In this document: one piece after another, positions 50,063 through 64,000 of the stretch
Numbering within the stretch: position 1 is the stretch's first letter
Layout: every line of letters begins with the position of its first letter
Notes under the pieces: generated by a model
What the model saw: only the letters and a program-made list of their open reading frames with translations
Told to the model about the DNA's origin: nothing
The model's database searches: none
Position numbers and translations under genes: made by a program
From: Hormiphora californensis
Taxonomy: Eukaryota > Animalia > Ctenophora
NCBI GenBank assembly: GCA_020137815.1
Contig: CM035350.1
Coordinates: 8,804,001 to 8,868,000, forward strand
Direction of reading: 5' to 3'
DNA length: 64,000 bases

Positions 50063-51416
50063 CTAGGAAGAGTCACGGATGCCCAAGGAAGAGACTCGGA
50101 ATCCAGCAGATCCGGTTTTCCCAAACTCGCTGTCCTTCATCAGGGTAGCAGTATATGTCCCGTCTCTCTCCCTCCTCATGTAGACCCTAGTGTCAGCAGT
50201 GTGTGACCAACTCTCTCCCAGACAGGGCTGGAGGCGGCCCTGTTGTCCACCCATTCTGACGTGGTTAACTGTCACCACAGACACGGCGTGTTTCACACAT
50301 AGCGATAGTATCTAAAGGAAGGGCAGAGTGAAGATGATGTGAGAGATTGAATATTTAACTGGTATTTAGAGATTGATTTACAGTGTTAGCAACACCAGCA
50401 AGTAGGTGTGTTCTCTTCCTCATGTCCTCAAACTCGTGTCGGAAATGGGTGGCAAGAGAGTCGATCATCACAACACCGTATTGGCAATCTTCCCTGAGTG
50501 AAAAGACAAGTTATAGCTATTGAAACAGCAGAAAAGGGCCGAAAATAAGATCCCCCTTGCTATGTTCTAACAGGATCGAGCAAGGCAAGATCCCCCACCA
50601 CCCGCTACCTGAGGAGATGAAGTATTGAGATAAGCTGGGTATATTCAGTACATCTCGCAACATGTATCCTTCCCAGCAGCTCCTCAGGACTGAGTCCGCA
50701 CAGAGCCGTCTTCTGAGTATTACTCCTCGCCACCTTATTGAGATGACCCAGGGTGGACTGTGCGAGGTGGGAGAGACGATCAGGGGAACACCCCCCGTCA
50801 CAGTCAATATACAGGACCTGGCACTCCCGTCCTCCAAATGCACGGGGTATGGTGCTGGCTACTGATATCTGGAGACACAGCTGGGTGCACCCACTACCAG
50901 GCTCACCTAGCAGTTCCAGAACCTAGAGAAGGAGAGACAGGTTCTGGACAGAGAAAGAAAGGGGAGTAAGATAAGAAAAGGTAGTAAAGAAGTGAACTAT
51001 AGAAAGACTAGTCAGGTGGTACCTTGCCGGGATGGACTCCACCTGATAGCAATTGATCCAGCTGGCTGCAGTATGTTATAACTGGCGGTATTCTATTTAA
51101 TTCTGTCACATTCTTCGGGGTTACCTGACAAAAACTACACGTAGAACTTCTTGACCTTCTTCTTCTGATGATGATGACTCATGACAGGTATCAAACATTA
51201 AACACCTACTAAGTACTCATCAAGTGCAGAAACAAGGACGGCTGCTTCTTGACTGGATAGCTTCAATCGGGAAACAGAAGAAATCAGTGCATCTTTACAG
51301 AACCCGTCTTGCCAGGGCAGACATTCAATAAAATCCGAAAGACATGTGATACCCTGAGTAGCCAACTTTCGCTGGATGGTCGTTGGGACCGGTATTGAGC
51401 TCACTGGGTATGCCAT
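50063..51416 (-). CDS. RAD51C: RAD51 paralog C
   Basis: ITYCSQLDQLLSGGVHPGKVLELLGEPGSGCTQLCLQISVASTIPRAFGG..LYIDCDG, VVMIDSLATHFRHEFEDM, PCLGESWSHTA, ATLMKDS, GIRD. Confidence 0.88.
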
Positions 51417-52479
51417 TAAAACTTCAGAACTAAGATTAAAAAAAAGAGTTGTTAGAGTTTTAGGTTTTATATGCAGAGGTGAACCGCTCTGAAGCTCCGT
51501 AGTACTAGTGTTTTTTTGGATTCTGGTACCCTACGGGGTCTGAGCGTGTATACAAATTCTGTTATTATTATTATTATTATAGAGTGAGCTGGCTGGGTTG
51601 TTATTCCCAAATTGCAATGCCTTACTATGGTATATCACGTTATAGCAGACCACTTGGTTTGTTTTGCTGGGTGGTCGGAAGACAAGATTGAGGAAAAATC
51701 GGAGGAACCAGGGGACAATCATTGTGCCCTTCATGGTGCAACCTACTGGTTCCCGAATAGGGGAGGCCGGATGGTGATTGGTGTCACAAAAAAGAAGATT
51801 GTGTAAGAGAAGATGGATGCTCGGACCATTGAAGTGAGGTCCAAATCACTGTAACATAAAGATGCTAAACCAGTATCCACAGAGAATGGTTGCAATACGA
51901 AGGACGGCTGCGAAACCGATGACTGGTTTTCCAGGACCGTCCGTCGTGCTCCCAGCTCCAGCCTCCAAGAGAATTAAGATAATAGTAGCTAAGAGGATGA
52001 GGGTAGTGAAGTAACGATTCGACCAAATCTCCAAGCACTGCAGGATCTTGTTTCGATAGCATGGGAGTTGCGACTGACGATGCAGAATGAAACTGATACA
52101 AAAGCCCAAAACCGCTCCAATAAAAGCATGCTTATGCCATTCCTATTGATGTATACTCCATTTTTTTCAACTGTTCACCCCCCAAAGTCGTGCGCGGAAT
52201 TGTTTTGCGCGTCTACCACATGTTAACGTGTAGTGTGCGCCACGAAAATTCTAATTTTTATTAAATATAAACTACACAACCCACTAGGGACCTCAGGGGT
52301 GAAACGGTGCAGAGCAGCCACTAGACACGGTGAGGTGTGAATCAAGTCATCATATGGTCCTTGTGTGGGTTGTGCAGAAAAATAACTTAATCAAACGCCT
52401 ACACATTAAAAAATTGATAATTAATATAAAAACAGTCTCTCATCTCTAATGACATTTCAAAGGTTGAAGTCAAAATTGT

Positions 52480-53570
52480 CCAGTGTTGGTGTTCTTATGG
52501 GTACCCTACAACCTCTCAAGCTCCTCAAAGTTGACCTAAGGATGGAGAATCTCAACTTTTGCTTGCTGGATATCTTTCGCCGTGTTTTTCCTCGATCCTT
52601 GAGGCAGCTTTCTTCAGGGTTTTCATGAACTCTTCTCCAAGTCCTCCTGTAGTTGACATTATCAGAGGGCCCCGATCGAATTTTGGTCCTATCTATAGTA
52701 TTAAACTGGCAGCATCCTGATCTAAAATAAGCAGAATTTTCAGCATTTTAGTCCGCCAATGTGCTGAAAATTCCTCTCAATCATATCAGATACACATGCA
52801 GAGAGATTCTTATTCTTGCAGTACTGCAGCAGTGTGAATGAGAGAGAGAGAGAGAGAGGGGGGAGAGGGGAGGGAGATGGAGGATATGTGTTGGTTGGCG
52901 CCAGTTGTGCGTAGTGCACCGACAACAGTCTAGAGGGGGAAAGGGGGAGATTAGAGAGATTCATACATTACCATTGCAATTGAATTGGCTCTCTCTCTCT
53001 CTTTTTCAGCGCGACCAGTTCAACCAATCTGCTGAAAATCGTGCTGAAAACTGACCATTTCAACCAATCTGCTGAAAATCGTGCTGAAAACTGTTGTCGG
53101 TGCATTACGCAAAACTGGAACATTCCCCAGCATATTCTGTCTCTCTGTCACACACAACCAGCACATAATATCCCCAGATATCTCTCTCTCTCACTCTTCA
53201 GTCTTTCACATTCACTGCACCACCTATATTTTCAGCAGAATTTTCAGCACATAATATGTAGATGAAATTTTTGAATTGTAAAAATCAGCATTCTCGTTAA
53301 AAAAAATCAGCATCCTGGGAGACATTTCTTTCCAATTGGTTGGCAAATTTTGAATTTTCGAACGGGGTCAGAGGGGTGAATGAGCCCCCTTCCACCATCT
53401 GTACTCTCCTCATGTAGCTTCTCTTCTTCGGTCTTCCTCTGTTCATGGTCTCTGTACAGAGATGTTGGAGGTGTTGAGAGATATGATGCAGAATTGGCAT
53501 GGACAACTCTGACATCGAAGAAGTTCAGTTGTTCAGGCTGCCACAATCCGGTTCCGAGTTCCGACAATGT
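52480..53570 (-). pseudogene. Decayed C-terminal restriction-like endonuclease region of a CRE/RLE-type non-LTR retrotransposon
   Basis: GLWQPEQLNFFDVRVVHANSASY..KKRSYMRRVQMVEGGSFTP[insert]LIMSTTGGLGEE..LRFSILRSTLRSLRG, with frameshifts. Confidence 0.75.
52670..53367. mobile_element. 698-bp MITE with 8-bp TSD
   Basis: TCAGAGGG at 52662-52669 and 53368-53375; termini CCCCGATCGAA...TTCGAACGGGG. Excision restores FTPLIM. Confidence 0.8.
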
Positions 53571-53899
53571 CCATACATGTTTTTGGGTGAACAGTTGAAA
53601 AAAAATGGACTTTAATGGTTGAAAGAGGTGAAATAGCTGATAATCTAGCGCATTTTAAGCGACTGCTCACTGCGGGCTACGGGTTATTACTGAAAGTTTA
53701 TCAAAAACTGCCGAAAAACTGGAAACAGAAAATTGCAAACTTTGGTTTTGGCGCTCCAACGAAAAACGCGCGGCGCGAACGCTTTATTTTTTTTGCGCGG
53801 CGTTATCAATGACTGTAACGCGCGATTTTTTAAAATTATCTTTGCACTGTATGTTTTAAAAACAAAACATTTAATTTCAAACTTTCAAAATCGTTCGCG

Positions 53900-54051
53900 A
53901 TGAGGCCCCTCGGAAATGTTCAAGTCATGCACAATCAAGTCACGCCCACCAATCACAGCTCAGAACGCGTGAAGCACTCCGCGCGTTCTGAGCTGTGATT
54001 GGTGGGCGTGACTTGATTGTGCATGACTTGAACATTTCCGAGGGGCCTCAT
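53900..54051. repeat. 152-bp palindrome with perfect about 70-bp arms (probable MITE)
   Basis: atgaggcccctcggaaatg...catttccgaggggcctcat. Confidence 0.9.
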
Positions 54052-54481
54052 TCTTTAAAAAAAATCTTTAAAAAATCGTAAAATTTGATTTATGATGCTC
54101 AATTTGGGTTCTGTGGGAATTGTAAGGCCTGAATTACCCTCAGCATCCATGCTGCAAGCAAGCAATGTTGAATGTGAGAATATCACCGCTTTTGGGGAAG
54201 TTTTTAGGGCTAGAAATTCTTCATTCCCCTGTCCCCAACTCAGGGACGGCCCAGCAAGTCCCTGCGTGTCGGGGGCAGGGGCGACAGCATCTGTCCGCTG
54301 TTAGGGGGAGTGAAATTCCGGAACTCCCCATAAGCAGCGTCCAGGGGAGCAGCCCGGCCCCGGCGGGGATGTAGGGCGGAGCCCCCGCAAGCAGGGTCCA
54401 GGGGCTGCGAACTGCGAAGCCTCAAGCCCCCCCCCCCCCTTCGGAAAAGTTGCCTTGCTCGACCCTCTTTCCGTGCGTGTG

Positions 54482-54980
54482 TAAGGGGAGACTTTAGCTG
54501 AATGGACGAGCATTAATGAGGGCCCATAATTGCCAAAACTCTACTTGTGATAAAGCGTATTCTATTATGAGAATGCGTGACCATGGCTGTATGTATGTCA
54601 TCGCAGGAAAACGTTAAAATCTGGGTGCCTTTTAACAATTTGTAGTTCTAGCGCACGCGACGGGTTAGGGCTATCCGTTAGGGTCTGGTTAGGGTTTGGT
54701 TTGGGGTTATCGGTTAGGGCTATCGATTCTCTATCAGTTACCGTTTAGTTTACTCAAATTGGCATGTGGTTGCGTGGCTATAGCCGTATGAAAAAAGTCG
54801 GTCTAAGTGTACTATTTTGGTAGCACGCACCTGTAAACAGGCTGCAAGGCACCCAGATTATAATCGCGCCCGTCATCGCACGCTACGTAAAAGCCTCTTT
54901 TACGAGCGGGATGTGTTCTCAATAAATACGCTTCATCATTTAATTATGGGCCCATGTCCGTTCAGCTAGAGTTTCCCCTA
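54482..54980. mobile_element. MITE with imperfect TIRs
   Basis: taaggggagactttagctgaatggac versus gtccgttcagctagagtttccccta. Confidence 0.6.
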
Positions 54981-55783
54981 AGGAAGGGTTAGAACATAAC
55001 AACCCCGAAGGACAAAACAGTAGCTCGGACAAAGTCTTGACGAGTGGCGGTACTCTGTTAACATATGAAGTATGAACGTTTGTAGACTGGCGCGTTATGA
55101 AGTTGGCTGTTCCCAGCGCGAGCTGGGGACAGCCAACTGGAGTTTAATCGCCCGGCAGGGCGATTAAACTGGTTTAAATCCCGACTCCGATCCCGAGGCG
55201 CCAGCCGAGGGTGAGGGGGAGGTGATTTAAACCTATAACGCGATAGGCTAACAAACGTTCATATTTTATGAAACCCGATAGTAATTACACACAAATAAGA
55301 GACACAACACAAGGTGAAACACACTAGAACTGCTGGTAAATAGTCAACAGATACCCTGAAAATGTGTGTAGACTTAGTGTCTACTGTTCCTAACATGTTT
55401 GAGAAAGAGAGAGAAAGATTAGGGGCAATACACACTGTCAGAGGTAATGAACAGTAAAAGAGACAATGAGAGAGAGAAATGAATGGAATGTGATTCTTTT
55501 CACTCCTTATGAGAGAGATAACATTGAAACGTGTTGCAGACATGTTTCCCCTTTCTTTTGTTGACAGAACTGTGTGTTTACACACATTTTCAATACTTAG
55601 AATTTTACACGCATGTTATTCAAATGAAGAGAAACGCGTGAAAAAGGACACTGGCCTGATAAATCGCGAGCAGGGTGTTAAATCCCCCAGCTAGCAGTTA
55701 TCATGAGCGCGCAAAATCTTCAAACGACTGATAAATCAACTATCGGGTTTCATAATCATTTAATATTTTAGGAGGGTTATGAG

Positions 55784-64000
<8,217 letters not shown>

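Noticed and set aside
51531-52160. Hydrophobic minus-strand reading frame, possible membrane protein
   Set aside because: Interrupted by a stop, with no clear splice model or family; at most a decayed fragment.

Overview
Gene-dense eukaryotic (animal-type) genomic DNA with short GT-AG introns, many MITEs and microsatellites. The architecture and gene families are most consistent with a ctenophore-like genome; this is inference, not verified. Host genes: UROC1 (-), rotatin RTTN (-), exocyst EXOC1/Sec3 (+), a tight co-oriented cluster RAD51C-LSM1-NOP14-putative NDUFB8-like (-), and CFAP69 (+, runs off the right edge). Six antisense genes are nested in host introns, all predicted secreted or membrane proteins: a minimal matrix metalloproteinase, a 7TM GPCR, an F5/8C-like secreted protein, an intronless histidine-brace LPMO-like protein with four PAN/apple modules, a degenerate carbohydrate sulfotransferase and an LDLa-TM protein. 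The most notable items are: (1) the LPMO-PAN protein with Trp at the usual Tyr/Phe axial position; (2) an 8.8-kb poly(A)-tailed, TSD-flanked non-coding insertion made mostly of about 17 near-identical 456-bp units; (3) nested genes whose CDS overlaps host exons; (4) an operon-like cluster with splice acceptors just before the ATGs; (5) a U12-type intron hosting a gene; (6) RAD51C with a Walker A Lys-to-Cys change. All calls come from manual reading and remembered family motifs; no database search was run.
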